Part shown: positions 35,112 through 44,155 of the stretch, one piece after another
Layout: each line of letters starts with the position of its first letter
Numbering within the stretch: the stretch's first letter is position 1
Source: Deltaproteobacteria bacterium
Lineage (GTDB): Bacteria; Desulfobacterota; BSN033; UBA1163
Reading direction: 5' to 3'
Length of the DNA stretch: 58,450 nucleotides
NCBI GenBank assembly: GCA_016874935.1
Contig: VGSS01000002.1
Location: 1-58,450 of the forward strand
Made by a program: the position numbers and the translations under genes
The notes under the pieces: generated by a model
Seen by the model: the letters and a program-made list of their open reading frames with translations, nothing else
Told to the model about the DNA's origin: nothing
The model's database searches: none

Positions 35112-36329
35112 ATGAATTGGGACATCGTGGAAGAGGCGTTGCGACCGTATGAGATCAAACTTCAGGCCCAAGAGAGGCTGAGGAGACGTCTTGGCGTCAA
35201 AGAGGTGGACCAACCCACGTATGAGAGATACATTATCGGGCCCATCGAACGATTCGACCGCCGGAAAAACGCCTTCCTGACTCTAAAACCAGACAACCCT
35301 TTTGGTGAGAAATTTCGGGAACGATTTAAAGCGCGTACCGGGCAGGTAGATTGGACCACTCCTTTGCCCTATAACGAGTTGGAACCTGAAGACCGGCTCG
35401 GGCGAGTATTAGCCACAGCCGTTCGCCGCCCCTGTTTTGAATACCATCCTGAGCCTTTCTCTGCGACCCCTCCCGAGGGCCGTCTAGAGGCCAGAGATCC
35501 TGCGTGGATGAGTCGGTTGATTAAAAAAGTGGGCCTTTTTCTTGGCGCAGAAATGGTTCGTATCACGAAAGTCGACCCACGCTGGGTTTATAAGGACATC
35601 GAAATTTCCCATCCTTATGCGATTATCATTGTGGTGTCTCATGTTCGAAGCATGCTTGATACCGCCCCTTCCTATTATTCTTGGCTTTCTAGTGCCGAGG
35701 CCTATGCCCGTCTCAAATTCATTACAACCCAGTTGACTGATTTTATTCGCGGGCTTGGGTATGATGCCATGTACCGGGAGACGCTTGGACATGATCCGGA
35801 GATGCTTATGGTTCCAATAGCGATCGATGCAGGGGTAGGGGAGTTTTCCCGTAACGGACGGGTCTTGTCTCCTGAATTCGGAACCAATATGCGACTGAAG
35901 GCGGTAACCACGGACCTCCCCCTTCAGATCGATAAACCCATTTCTTTCAATACGCACGAGTATTGCATGGCTTGTGAGAATTGCGCCATTTATTGTCCGG
36001 CGAGAGCGAATCCCTTCGGCCCTCCTACGGATCAACCCATCACCATCAACAATAATCCTGGGTACCGTAAGTGGTATGTCAATGCAGAACGGTGCTTACT
36101 CTTCTGGGGGGTCAACCGGAAAAAGTGGATGAGTTGCGGAGGGCGTTGTATTGCCGTGTGCCCATGGAATAAAGAGATAGGTTTTTTTCATAATATCATT
36201 CGCTGGATCGCTATCCATGGGTCTGGGTCCATTAAAAAAATACTTGCCTGGACCGATCGAAAAGTTTATCAACGAAGGAAAAGCATTGTGAAAAAAGGGG
36301 AAAGTGGTATAGATGTCGAAGGATTGTAA
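35112..36329 (+). CDS. Reductive dehalogenase (RdhA)-family corrinoid/Fe-S protein homologue without Tat signal
   Basis: The pattern is PIAIDAGVGEFSRNGRVLSPEFGTNMRLKAVTTDLPL..DKPI, followed by CMACENCAIYCP and W.VNAERCLLFW......CGGRCIAVCPWNK. The N-terminus MNWDIVEEALRP has no RR motif. Confidence 0.65.
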   Translation: MNWDIVEEALRPYEIKLQAQERLRRRLGVKEVDQPTYERYIIGPIERFDRRKNAFLTLKPDNPFGEKFRERFKARTGQVDWTTPLPYNELEPEDRLGRVLATAVRRPCFEYHPEPFSATPPEGRLEARDPAWMSRLIKKVGLFLGAEMVRITKVDPRWVYKDIEISHPYAIIIVVSHVRSMLDTAPSYYSWLSSAEAYARLKFITTQLTDFIRGLGYDAMYRETLGHDPEMLMVPIAIDAGVGEFSRNGRVLSPEFGTNMRLKAVTTDLPLQIDKPISFNTHEYCMACENCAIYCPARANPFGPPTDQPITINNNPGYRKWYVNAERCLLFWGVNRKKWMSCGGRCIAVCPWNKEIGFFHNIIRWIAIHGSGSIKKILAWTDRKVYQRRKSIVKKGESGIDVEGL

Positions 36330-36402
36330 GAAGGTTGCCAAGGGTCTTGAACGAGGATCCTAATGCCCTGTAATCAATAATAAGGCAAAGGAGGTGTGCG
36401 AC

Positions 36403-36768
36403 ATGAAAATTTTCAAATTGGAAGATTATATCCAGATGGAAAATCCCACACCAGGTAAACCCTACCGGCCAGAGATTCTAACCCAGGATCATCAGGCAAA
36501 GAATCTCGGAGGAATGTTTGGCCTTCTTGTTCCGGGAAGCCAGGTGCCTTACCATTATCACAACAACCGGGAATCCATTATTATTGCCATCAGTGGAGAA
36601 GCAATCGAAGTAATCGAAGGGAAGGAGTTCCCGATAAAAGCGGGGGATGTGCTTTATATCCCTCCTGGAGAGAAACATACGACCATCAATCGGTCGGATA
36701 GAGATTTCCGTTATCTCGAGTACTTTACCTTCCCGCCAGTTGGCGCCGACTTTGTTGAGGTCAAATAG
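36403..36768 (+). CDS. Cupin-domain protein
   Basis: The cupin_2 pattern is QVPYHYHNNRESIIIAISGEAIEV...GDVLYIPPGEKHTTIN. The AGGAGG-to-ATG spacing favours a start at 36403. Confidence 0.75.
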   Translation: MKIFKLEDYIQMENPTPGKPYRPEILTQDHQAKNLGGMFGLLVPGSQVPYHYHNNRESIIIAISGEAIEVIEGKEFPIKAGDVLYIPPGEKHTTINRSDRDFRYLEYFTFPPVGADFVEVK

Positions 36769-36804
36769 GGAATATCAAATTGCTAAAAATATTTCTTTAT
36801 GGCC

Positions 36805-37848
36805 TCAAATCACTAATGCAGCCCTTCCCGTTATTTTGTTTTCCAAGATCATCTGATGGGCGGTCTCGGCCTCGTCAAGAGGGAAGGTTCTGGTTACGAT
36901 GGGTTTGATTTTGCCCTGCTCAACAATCTTGACAGCATCGATCAGCTCTGCCATGGAGACGTATCGAGATCCGTGTATTTCAAGCCCTTTGGATAAGACT
37001 ACCAGAGGGTCTATCCGAAAAGTTGGCTCCACCTTAAAAACGCTGGGAGGCCGAAATCCAAGTATGATGAGCCGTCCTGAAGTGGCCAGGCTTGCAAAGC
37101 CTGCTTCCAATGTTTGAGAAGAGGCTACAAAATCGAGAACGGCGTCTACCCCCTTCTCATCCGTTAATCGTTTGGCTTCTTGTAATAGATTTTTTTCTGC
37201 TACATCGATGATTTCATCCGCTCCTAAGGCTCTTACCATCTCAAGCTTCTCCCTCGAAATATCGGCTGCGAGTACGCGGCCTCCACAGAGCTTCGCCATC
37301 TGGACGGCATGAATCCCGACACCTCCTCCGGCGCCAATGACGAGGACAGTATCTCCTGGCCCTACTTTTGCCTCCTCTCTGCAGGCATGGAGCGGCGTAG
37401 CAATGGCGTCGGAGATGACAGAGGCTTCAGGGAAAGGAATCCTCTCAGGTAGGTGACAGAGATTGAGGCTGGGGACAGACAGATATTCAGCATAACCGCC
37501 ATCGCAGGCCATTCCCACATACCCCCCCCAGTTCTCGCAAAGTGTCTCTCTTCCGCTTCGGCAGAACTTGCAGGCTTTGCAGGTCAGGTAAAAGTGGCAA
37601 ATCACCCGATCCCCAATCTTGACGTTTCTCACTTCGCTGCCGATTTCAACGACCTCTCCTGCGACCTCATGGCCTAAAATCCTTGGATAATCGGTAACAA
37701 GCCCCGGAGTGCTTTTCATGATGAGAATCGTCAATCCCACTCCTGCAGCCCTGACCCGAACCTTTGCATCGCACGGCCCCACCCGGGGTTCATCAACCTC
37801 CTTGAATGTTACTGGACCTCCCAACTCATGAAGAAGCATTGCTTTCAT
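36805..37848 (-). CDS. Zinc-dependent alcohol dehydrogenase (MDR family)
   Basis: Motifs are GHEVAGEV, the structural-Zn CKACKFCRSGRETLC and the NAD-binding VIGAGGVG. Start is ATG 37848 with AGGAGG upstream. Confidence 0.85.
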   Translation of the reverse strand: MKAMLLHELGGPVTFKEVDEPRVGPCDAKVRVRAAGVGLTILIMKSTPGLVTDYPRILGHEVAGEVVEIGSEVRNVKIGDRVICHFYLTCKACKFCRSGRETLCENWGGYVGMACDGGYAEYLSVPSLNLCHLPERIPFPEASVISDAIATPLHACREEAKVGPGDTVLVIGAGGGVGIHAVQMAKLCGGRVLAADISREKLEMVRALGADEIIDVAEKNLLQEAKRLTDEKGVDAVLDFVASSQTLEAGFASLATSGRLIILGFRPPSVFKVEPTFRIDPLVVLSKGLEIHGSRYVSMAELIDAVKIVEQGKIKPIVTRTFPLDEAETAHQMILENKITGRAALVI

Positions 37849-37984
37849 CGGTCCTCCTCCTTTCATAAAAGCGTCCCCTTAGTTGTCACCCTCTCCCGGA
37901 AACTGTGTCATCATATGAATAAAATGGCTTTTTGAATATGTGAGAAACATTCAGTATGTGCTGAACTCAAGACGCTTTTCAAGC

Positions 37985-38257
37985 TTATCCCCCGGCTACG
38001 AGCACCGTGAAAGTGATTTCATCGCCGTCATGAATAACTGTATCAAGCTTTTCAAGAGAAGCAATGCTTCTCCCATTGACGAGGACAATGCAACCTTCAT
38101 GAAGGGAGAGATCCTTTTTTAGGAATCGGTTCCAAGGGCCCTCATGATCCATTTGGAGGGTGACGAATACATCCCGCAGGGTAGGGGATTCGAGATCCAA
38201 GGTGATCGGGCGCTTCGAGACAAATTCTTTTCCAAATACGTTGAGAATGATCGTCAT
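37985..38257 (-). CDS. MoaD/ThiS-family ubiquitin-like beta-grasp protein (C-terminal GG)
   Basis: It is 90 aa, ends in ...DEITFTVLVAGG, and lies directly downstream of the AOR gene. Confidence 0.7.
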   Translation of the reverse strand: MTIILNVFGKEFVSKRPITLDLESPTLRDVFVTLQMDHEGPWNRFLKKDLSLHEGCIVLVNGRSIASLEKLDTVIHDGDEITFTVLVAGG

Positions 38258-38300
38258 ATACTTATCGTTCCATCAGAACAGGGATCGTTGCAAGGTGTCA

Positions 38301-40139
38301 CTACTGGATTTCGTTTTCCCCTAACAATCCGTATCTCCTTCTCGTTTCTTCCGTCGGAATACCAGAAGCATCCCATCCTCTCAGGGCATAATATTCATCG
38401 ATCATCTTGTTGAGGTTTTCTTCACCAATACATTGCCCTTTGGCCGGACCGTCCGGTAAGGGTTCATGAAGCGTCCGATAGGGCAGGAAATCATCCTTTC
38501 TTGTAAACCCCTCTCGGTTGTTGAACATCCGGATGAGCGTTTCAATTCTTTCGGATATCTTCAAAAAGTCTTCTTTTGAAACCGATTCTCCGCTGACAGC
38601 ATGCCAATACTGGGAATAATCGTCAAGGGACATGGGAATGAATTTAGCAGGCATGTCACAGACTAGTAAAGAATGGAGGATACCGTTTTCATTGTATAAT
38701 GCTTTGATCATTTCGGCTTTGCCCTCGATGGTATATGGAGGATAACCACCGAGGATCTCTTTCGCAGGAGGCCAAGCCCTCCGGTGGCAAGCCCCTCTTG
38801 GGCTCACAGCATAGGAGAGCCCTGAACCAAAGGCGCCTCTCGGTTCATAGGCAGGAAATTCCATGCCCTTGACGTGCATGGCAAACCGATTCGAGTCATT
38901 CCCTATATAATTGGCTAAAACCTTTACTCCATTTGCCATGATCTCTCCGAAGCCCTCTCGATGGGCCATCATCCTTAGGGCTGCCAGGCTCGCTTCGCTT
39001 TCACCGAAACGGATTTCCAGCCCCCCTGTCTGTTTTGAAGAAAGCAATTCTTTTTCAAAACATTCCATAATAAAACCAATAATATTCCCCGCTGAAATGG
39101 TATCCATGCCCAATTGATCGCAGAGAATATTCGCTTGGATGATAGTAGGAAGAGAATCGATGAGCTGGTTGGAGCCAAACATGCCCAGGGTCTCATATTC
39201 AGGGCCCTCAAGGACTCCTCCTGCATACTTTCCTTCGTTGATCCTGGTTTCAAAACTACAATGGGTGAAACAGAAGAGACAGGCCTTATAGGCTGTTATG
39301 CTTTTATGAACCCCGATGGAGTCAATCTTTTCCAGGGCTTTTTCCCAGGTTCCATACTGGAAGTTCATCGTGGGTAAGATTCCACCCGTATGAGTGATAT
39401 TCAGGGTGAGAGGTGTTCCGTATTTCATTCTAGCCTGAGCCACTTGGCTCTGTTTAGCCCGCTTATGATTCAACCTGTTCAATGCCACAACCTCTTTTCG
39501 ATCATGGATTTCAATCCTCTGAGACCCTTTGACCAGGATGGCCTTGAGGTTCTTCGAACCCATGACCGCTCCTACACCTCCCCGGCCTGCCTGCCGGTAA
39601 AGATCGCTATTAATACAGGCGAATCGAACCAACTTTTCACCGGCAGGTCCAATGGAAGAGATACCAACAGGAGCATTGCCTTCGGACTCTCTGAGGATTC
39701 TCTCGGTTTCGAAGCTATCCTTCCGCCAGATGAGGTTCGCCTCTCGGATCTGCACGCCTTTTTCATCGATTCTAAGATAACAGGGGTGATTTGATCTTCC
39801 ATGGATGACAAGGCCATCGTAACCTGCCTTTTTTAATTCTAAAGAAATCCTGCCGCTGGAATAACTGTCGCACCATCCACCAGTCAAAGGCGATTTGGTG
39901 ACGACTACGAATTTGGAAGAACCAGGGACCATGGTCCCCGTAAGAGGTCCTGTCAAGAAAATTAGTACGTTTTTAGGTGATAATGGCTCGGTTTTGGCCG
40001 GAAGCATATCAAACAGCAATCTTGCCCCCAGCCCTCTTCCTCCAAGGTAAGTTTTCACCATTTCTTCCGATATGAGAATGTTCTTCGCTTTCCCAGAGGT
40101 TAGGTCAACCTCAAGCATTTTTCCGCAAAAGGACTTCAT
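38301..40139 (-). CDS. Aldehyde:ferredoxin oxidoreductase (AOR family, canonical ~610-aa form)
   Basis: The N-terminus is GKMLEVDLTSGKAKN...YLGGRGLGARLL. Internal AOR pterin/4Fe-4S-region patterns are present. Length is 612 aa. Confidence 0.85.
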   Translation of the reverse strand: MKSFCGKMLEVDLTSGKAKNILISEEMVKTYLGGRGLGARLLFDMLPAKTEPLSPKNVLIFLTGPLTGTMVPGSSKFVVVTKSPLTGGWCDSYSSGRISLELKKAGYDGLVIHGRSNHPCYLRIDEKGVQIREANLIWRKDSFETERILRESEGNAPVGISSIGPAGEKLVRFACINSDLYRQAGRGGVGAVMGSKNLKAILVKGSQRIEIHDRKEVVALNRLNHKRAKQSQVAQARMKYGTPLTLNITHTGGILPTMNFQYGTWEKALEKIDSIGVHKSITAYKACLFCFTHCSFETRINEGKYAGGVLEGPEYETLGMFGSNQLIDSLPTIIQANILCDQLGMDTISAGNIIGFIMECFEKELLSSKQTGGLEIRFGESEASLAALRMMAHREGFGEIMANGVKVLANYIGNDSNRFAMHVKGMEFPAYEPRGAFGSGLSYAVSPRGACHRRAWPPAKEILGGYPPYTIEGKAEMIKALYNENGILHSLLVCDMPAKFIPMSLDDYSQYWHAVSGESVSKEDFLKISERIETLIRMFNNREGFTRKDDFLPYRTLHEPLPDGPAKGQCIGEENLNKMIDEYYALRGWDASGIPTEETRRRYGLLGENEIQ

Positions 40140-40162
40140 TTCCTTTTCCTCTTCGGGACCAG

Positions 40163-41068
40163 CTATTTGGGCCCGTTCGTTTTTTCAGAGAGCTGTTGAT
40201 AGAGTTTAAAAACAATTGTGGCATCCTGCCCTTCCCATCCATTAAATAGTGTTTTTAGCAAGAGTTGAAAATAGAGAGCTCCGATGGGTAACATCACCCC
40301 CAGTTTTTTGGCACTCTCGAGAGATAACCCTAAATCCTTAATAGCCAATCCAACTGGGCCTTTCGGCTCAAAATTGCCAGCCAACATGTCTTTTCCCCTC
40401 GCCATGATTAGATCACTTGATGCCGCTCCGGAAGTGATCACATCTAACATAATATTTGGGTCCAGCCCGGCTTTGAGTCCCAGCGTCATTCCTTCAATGG
40501 CAGCAGCCTGATTAAGGAAAAGGACATGGTTGACTACCAGCTTCAGCATGGCGGCTTCACCATGTTTTCCAACATAGACTGTCTTCTTCCCAATTCGATC
40601 CAAGACAGGTTTAATTCGCCGGAAAACGGCCTTTTTTCCCCCTGCCATAAAGACCATGTTTCCCACACGGGCTTGAGCAGAAGACCCTGAAATGGGAACA
40701 TCCATCCACTCAATTCCTTTTTGCGCAAGCCTCTTGGCCATTGTTTTAGTCTCCCAGGGCGGAGAGGTACTCGTGTCGAGAACAACCAGTCCCCTCTGAG
40801 CTCCTGCTATAATGCCTTCTTTTCCCTCTACTGTTTCCAGCACCGCTTGCCAGTTGGGTAAGGATAAGAGGATGAGGTCTGCTCCCTTCGCTGCCGTTTC
40901 AGCAGACTTTGCCTGCTTTAAACCGAGAGGGACTAAATTGGCTACCCGTTTCTTGACAATATCAAAACCACTCACCTCATACCCGGCCTTCATTAACAAA
41001 GTGGATATGGGCCTCCCCATCAATCCAAGACCAATGACTGAAATCTTCTTTATTTCTGGATTCAACAT
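40163..41068 (-). CDS. NAD(P)-dependent 3-hydroxyisobutyrate/tartronate-semialdehyde reductase family (HIBADH) oxidoreductase
   Basis: ISVIGLGLMGRPIS is the GxGxxG motif, followed by a 6PGDH-like NAD-binding domain and an all-helical C-terminal domain. Confidence 0.8.
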   Translation of the reverse strand: MLNPEIKKISVIGLGLMGRPISTLLMKAGYEVSGFDIVKKRVANLVPLGLKQAKSAETAAKGADLILLSLPNWQAVLETVEGKEGIIAGAQRGLVVLDTSTSPPWETKTMAKRLAQKGIEWMDVPISGSSAQARVGNMVFMAGGKKAVFRRIKPVLDRIGKKTVYVGKHGEAAMLKLVVNHVLFLNQAAAIEGMTLGLKAGLDPNIMLDVITSGAASSDLIMARGKDMLAGNFEPKGPVGLAIKDLGLSLESAKKLGVMLPIGALYFQLLLKTLFNGWEGQDATIVFKLYQQLSEKTNGPK

Positions 41069-41114
41069 TTCTTCTCCTTTATATCGTTTTAATCTCTTTT
41101 TCCGAAGGACCGTC

Positions 41115-42173
41115 TTATAAATCTGCTAATCTTATTTGTTTTCCTGTCTGAGCCGATTCGATTGATGCTCGAATCAAAGATAAGGCAACCAGGGATCCCT
41201 TTCCATCCGTCTCCGGTTTCGCTCCTGTTCGGATACAGTCCGCAAACTCATCAATCTCTTCCAGGATTGGATCGCCAATCGGGAAAGGGATCTCTTCAGG
41301 TTTGTCTTTTCCTTTTCCAGAAATGTGCAAGGTCGTATAACGGTCCACCACTGTCCAGACCTTCAGATATTCATCAAAAGTTAAATTGGGCAGAGATACA
41401 GTGCAAAGGAGTTTGGCCTCGGTTCCGTAAACCTGAACCCAGTTGGTTCTGGGAATTGTATAGGAAGATCCAAGATAACCTAAAACCCCTGATTCGAATT
41501 GAAAGATGGTCATGGACACATCTTCCACCTCTGCCGGAATGTGGAGCTTGTTGAAATAAGCATAAACCTTTTCAATAGGTCCCAAAAAATGGTTAAGAGT
41601 GTCTGCATGATGGACACCCATGGTCATGAGGGCCCCTGCAGGACATCCGGAATCGTCTCCATACCATCGCCAATTAGCAGGGGTCAGCTCATGTCCTAAA
41701 TTGGCCGAGAAATTGGATTCAACCATCACGGGTTTGCCAATGGCGCCCCCGTCAATCAGTTCTTTCATTTTCCGGAACCCCGATAATCGCCGCATATCAT
41801 GGCCAACAAGGAGTGTCACCCCTGCTTTTTCACAGGCATCAATCATCCTACGTCCATCGGCCAGAGTATTGGCGATTGGTTTATCTACGAAAACGTGTTT
41901 TCCATATTGAGCTGCGAGCAGGGTTTGCTCTGCGTGGACGGCATTCGGACTTGTTAAAAGGACGCCATCCACATCCTTTCGTTTCAGGAGGTCCTCATAA
42001 CTTTTCTCCTGATCACATCCATAGGTCTTACTGTAGATGGCTCTTTTCTCAGGTGTCCTCGAAAAACAAGTGACCAGTTTTGCCTTCTTGCTTCTCGCCA
42101 CAGCGCTGGCAATGATCCCTGACCAGCTTCCAATCCCAACCAGACCAACCATCACAACATCCTTCGGACTCAT
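41115..42173 (-). CDS. Gfo/Idh/MocA-family oxidoreductase
   Basis: The N-terminal Rossmann pattern is VGLVGIGSWSG...EKRAIYSKTYGC...VDGVLLTSPNAVHAEQ. Length is 352 aa. Confidence 0.8.
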   Translation of the reverse strand: MSPKDVVMVGLVGIGSWSGIIASAVARSKKAKLVTCFSRTPEKRAIYSKTYGCDQEKSYEDLLKRKDVDGVLLTSPNAVHAEQTLLAAQYGKHVFVDKPIANTLADGRRMIDACEKAGVTLLVGHDMRRLSGFRKMKELIDGGAIGKPVMVESNFSANLGHELTPANWRWYGDDSGCPAGALMTMGVHHADTLNHFLGPIEKVYAYFNKLHIPAEVEDVSMTIFQFESGVLGYLGSSYTIPRTNWVQVYGTEAKLLCTVSLPNLTFDEYLKVWTVVDRYTTLHISGKGKDKPEEIPFPIGDPILEEIDEFADCIRTGAKPETDGKGSLVALSLIRASIESAQTGKQIRLADL

Positions 42174-42429
42174 CTACCCCTCCAACGTTTTTGAATGTTC
42201 TTTACCATAAAAATATTTCTTGTGATGAAGACATTAATCAGAATGGCTTCTTACCCTGCTACTCTCCATACGCAATCATCTCTGAGCCTCTCTCTATGAC
42301 GGAAAGAAAGTCATTAATAATTTAATTTTATTGAGAAGATTGCCTTTGTCAAGTCTCCACGGCTTAGTGCAAACCTATTTTAAATTGGCATTGAAGTTAT
42401 ATCTGCTTAATATTACTCAATATTAAACC

Positions 42430-42481
42430 TTGACATTGCTTTTAACAAATTGTATGAAATTGGCGAAAGTATTTACTTTCG
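42430..42481 (+). promoter_or_regulatory. Putative sigma70-type promoter plus perfect palindromic operator
   Basis: TTGACA (42430..42435), a 17-nt spacer and TATGAA (42453..42458) are followed by the perfect palindrome CGAAAGTA-TT-TACTTTCG (42464..42481). This lies upstream of the plus-strand nitrilase-remnant/cupin/amidohydrolase unit. Confidence 0.4.
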
Positions 42482-42535
42482 TTATCATTAAACCACAGGG
42501 AGAACAAAAGAAACCCAATTCCTTGAGTAAAGAAA

Positions 42536-42858
42536 ACGAAAATCAAAGTAACTGTCACCTAAATTGAGCGATTCTTTTGAAAGGAACCTGTAGCCGCTCC
42601 GTGTGAGACGGAGCGTTTTCCTCTCACTGTTGAGTGAGAGATCATTTCTAATAAAATCACGCAACCTAAAGGTTGCGGCTACATTTAGGACAAAAAATCG
42701 CTCAATTTAGCTGTCATTCAGACGAAAACATTTCCAGATTCAGACAAGCAGACGAAGAATATCGAAAGAGCGAAAGAATATTTGGCAGAGGCTGCAAACC
42801 GAGGGGCAAAATTCATATGTTTTCCTGAAACCTATCATGGTCCAGGGAACCGCTTTTG
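42536..42858 (+). pseudogene. Carbon-nitrogen hydrolase (nitrilase superfamily) N-terminal remnant, split by a MITE and truncated
   Basis: Removing 42558..42716 restores the frame (T)KIKVTVIQTKTFPDSDKQTKNIERAKEYLAEAANRGAKFICFPETYHGPGNRF*. This is the typical beta1-alpha1-beta2 start of CN hydrolases, including the catalytic Glu in FPE. There is no ATG (ACG at the expected start) and a stop falls after ~55 codons. Confidence 0.7.
42558..42710 (+). mobile_element. MITE copy 1 (153 bp) with terminal inverted repeats and a 6-bp target-site duplication
   Basis: The TIRs are CCTAAATTGAGCGATT... and ...AATCGCTCAATTTAG. The flanking direct repeats are CTGTCA (42552..42557 and 42711..42716). Internal hairpins are GCTCCGTGTGAGACGGAGC, CTCTCACTgttgAGTGAGAG and CGCAACCTAAAGGTTGCG. 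Confidence 0.85.
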
Positions 42859-43121
42859 AGCCATTTCCTGTTGGCCTGCTTCATCCTCATGAAACAGAAC
42901 CGATCATCCTTGTTCTTAAAGGGCTGGTCTGGGCTGTGACGTGTAAGGAATCGCTCGAACTACTTGGTCCCTGTGGCATTTGGAGTATCAATGCGAATCC
43001 AACCCACCGTGTTGAGTACGTGGAGGATACGGAAGCCATTGAAGTGGTGAGCCCCATTCGATTGGATAATCCTGTCGGGCACACGATCTCACATACCTTT
43101 TTCGATCAAGCAGATTCATGA
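42837..43121 (+). CDS. Small cupin-domain protein (possibly N-terminally truncated)
   Basis: LHPHETEPIILVLKG...LGPCGIWSINANPTHRVEYV is an HxHxxxE...G...PxxxH pattern. It overlaps the end of the nitrilase remnant and is followed by AGGAGGA plus the next gene. Confidence 0.5.
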   Translation: MVQGTAFEPFPVGLLHPHETEPIILVLKGLVWAVTCKESLELLGPCGIWSINANPTHRVEYVEDTEAIEVVSPIRLDNPVGHTISHTFFDQADS

Positions 43122-43130
43122 GGAGGACTT

Positions 43131-44144
43131 ATGAAACCCATCGCCATTGACATTCATACCCATGTAGAGTTTGCGGATACTGCAACGATTCTGAAAAAAA
43201 AATATACCGAAGAAGAAAGCTTCTCCAGGTTCATTGTACCGGCCACGGGGACCCGTTCCGCAGAAATCAACAAAGGTATTGCTTCCAGCCTTCGCGAACC
43301 CTTGAGAGATCCCCAGAGAAAAATCCGAGATATGGAAGAGAGAAAGGTTGGTTTCTCCATCCTCTCCTCGACACCGTTTGCCTTTTTCTATGAGGTTGAA
43401 GAAGGGCTCGCCGTTGAGTTAGCCCAGTTTCAGAACAACCAGTTGGCGGAGATGGTTAGAAGCCACCCTAGCTCATTTGCAGCGATAGCTACACTTCCCC
43501 TTCAGGTTCCGGGAGCCGCTATGAGAGAGCTGGATCGAGCGATCAACAAGCTGGGCCTTCGGGGAATAGAGATTGGCTCCCATGTGGGTAAGCGAGAGTT
43601 GGGGGACCGTGCCTTCTGGCCTATTTACGAGGTTCTGGAAAAAGAGGGATTGCCTATGTTCATCCACCCCCATCATGTCGCAGGAATGGATCGCCTCCAG
43701 AACTTCTATTTAACCAACCTTATTGGGAACCCCTTAGATACAACGATTGCCGCAGCCTATTTGATCTTCAATGGCGTGTTGGAAAAATATCCCAATCTAA
43801 AAGTGGTTCTGGCTCACGGAGGAGGACAACTTCCCTACATCTTTGGAAGGCTTGAACACGGCTACAAGGTCCGGCCCGAATGTAAGGAGACCCTTCGTCA
43901 CTCTCCCCGCCAATTCTTGAAGTATTTTTATTTTGATATCATTACCCACAGCCAGGAGGCCCTCCGCTACCTGGTTTCCCTTGTCGGGAGCGATCATGTC
44001 CTTCTTGGAACCGATTATCCCTATGACATGGGTGATCATCAGCCGGTGGAAACGGTGTCCCGTCTTTCTGATATGACGGATTCTGATCGGCAAAAGATCT
44101 TGCGGGACAATGCGGTTGCTCTCTTTGGCTTGACGCCTGCCTGA
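43131..44144 (+). CDS. Amidohydrolase_2 (ACMSD/LigW-like) family hydrolase or decarboxylase
   Basis: It has an N-terminal IDIHTHV, then MFIHPHH, VLAHGGG and LLGTDYPYD. Length is 337 aa. Confidence 0.8.
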   Translation: MKPIAIDIHTHVEFADTATILKKKYTEEESFSRFIVPATGTRSAEINKGIASSLREPLRDPQRKIRDMEERKVGFSILSSTPFAFFYEVEEGLAVELAQFQNNQLAEMVRSHPSSFAAIATLPLQVPGAAMRELDRAINKLGLRGIEIGSHVGKRELGDRAFWPIYEVLEKEGLPMFIHPHHVAGMDRLQNFYLTNLIGNPLDTTIAAAYLIFNGVLEKYPNLKVVLAHGGGQLPYIFGRLEHGYKVRPECKETLRHSPRQFLKYFYFDIITHSQEALRYLVSLVGSDHVLLGTDYPYDMGDHQPVETVSRLSDMTDSDRQKILRDNAVALFGLTPA

Positions 44145-44155
44145 TGGGAAGTTTC

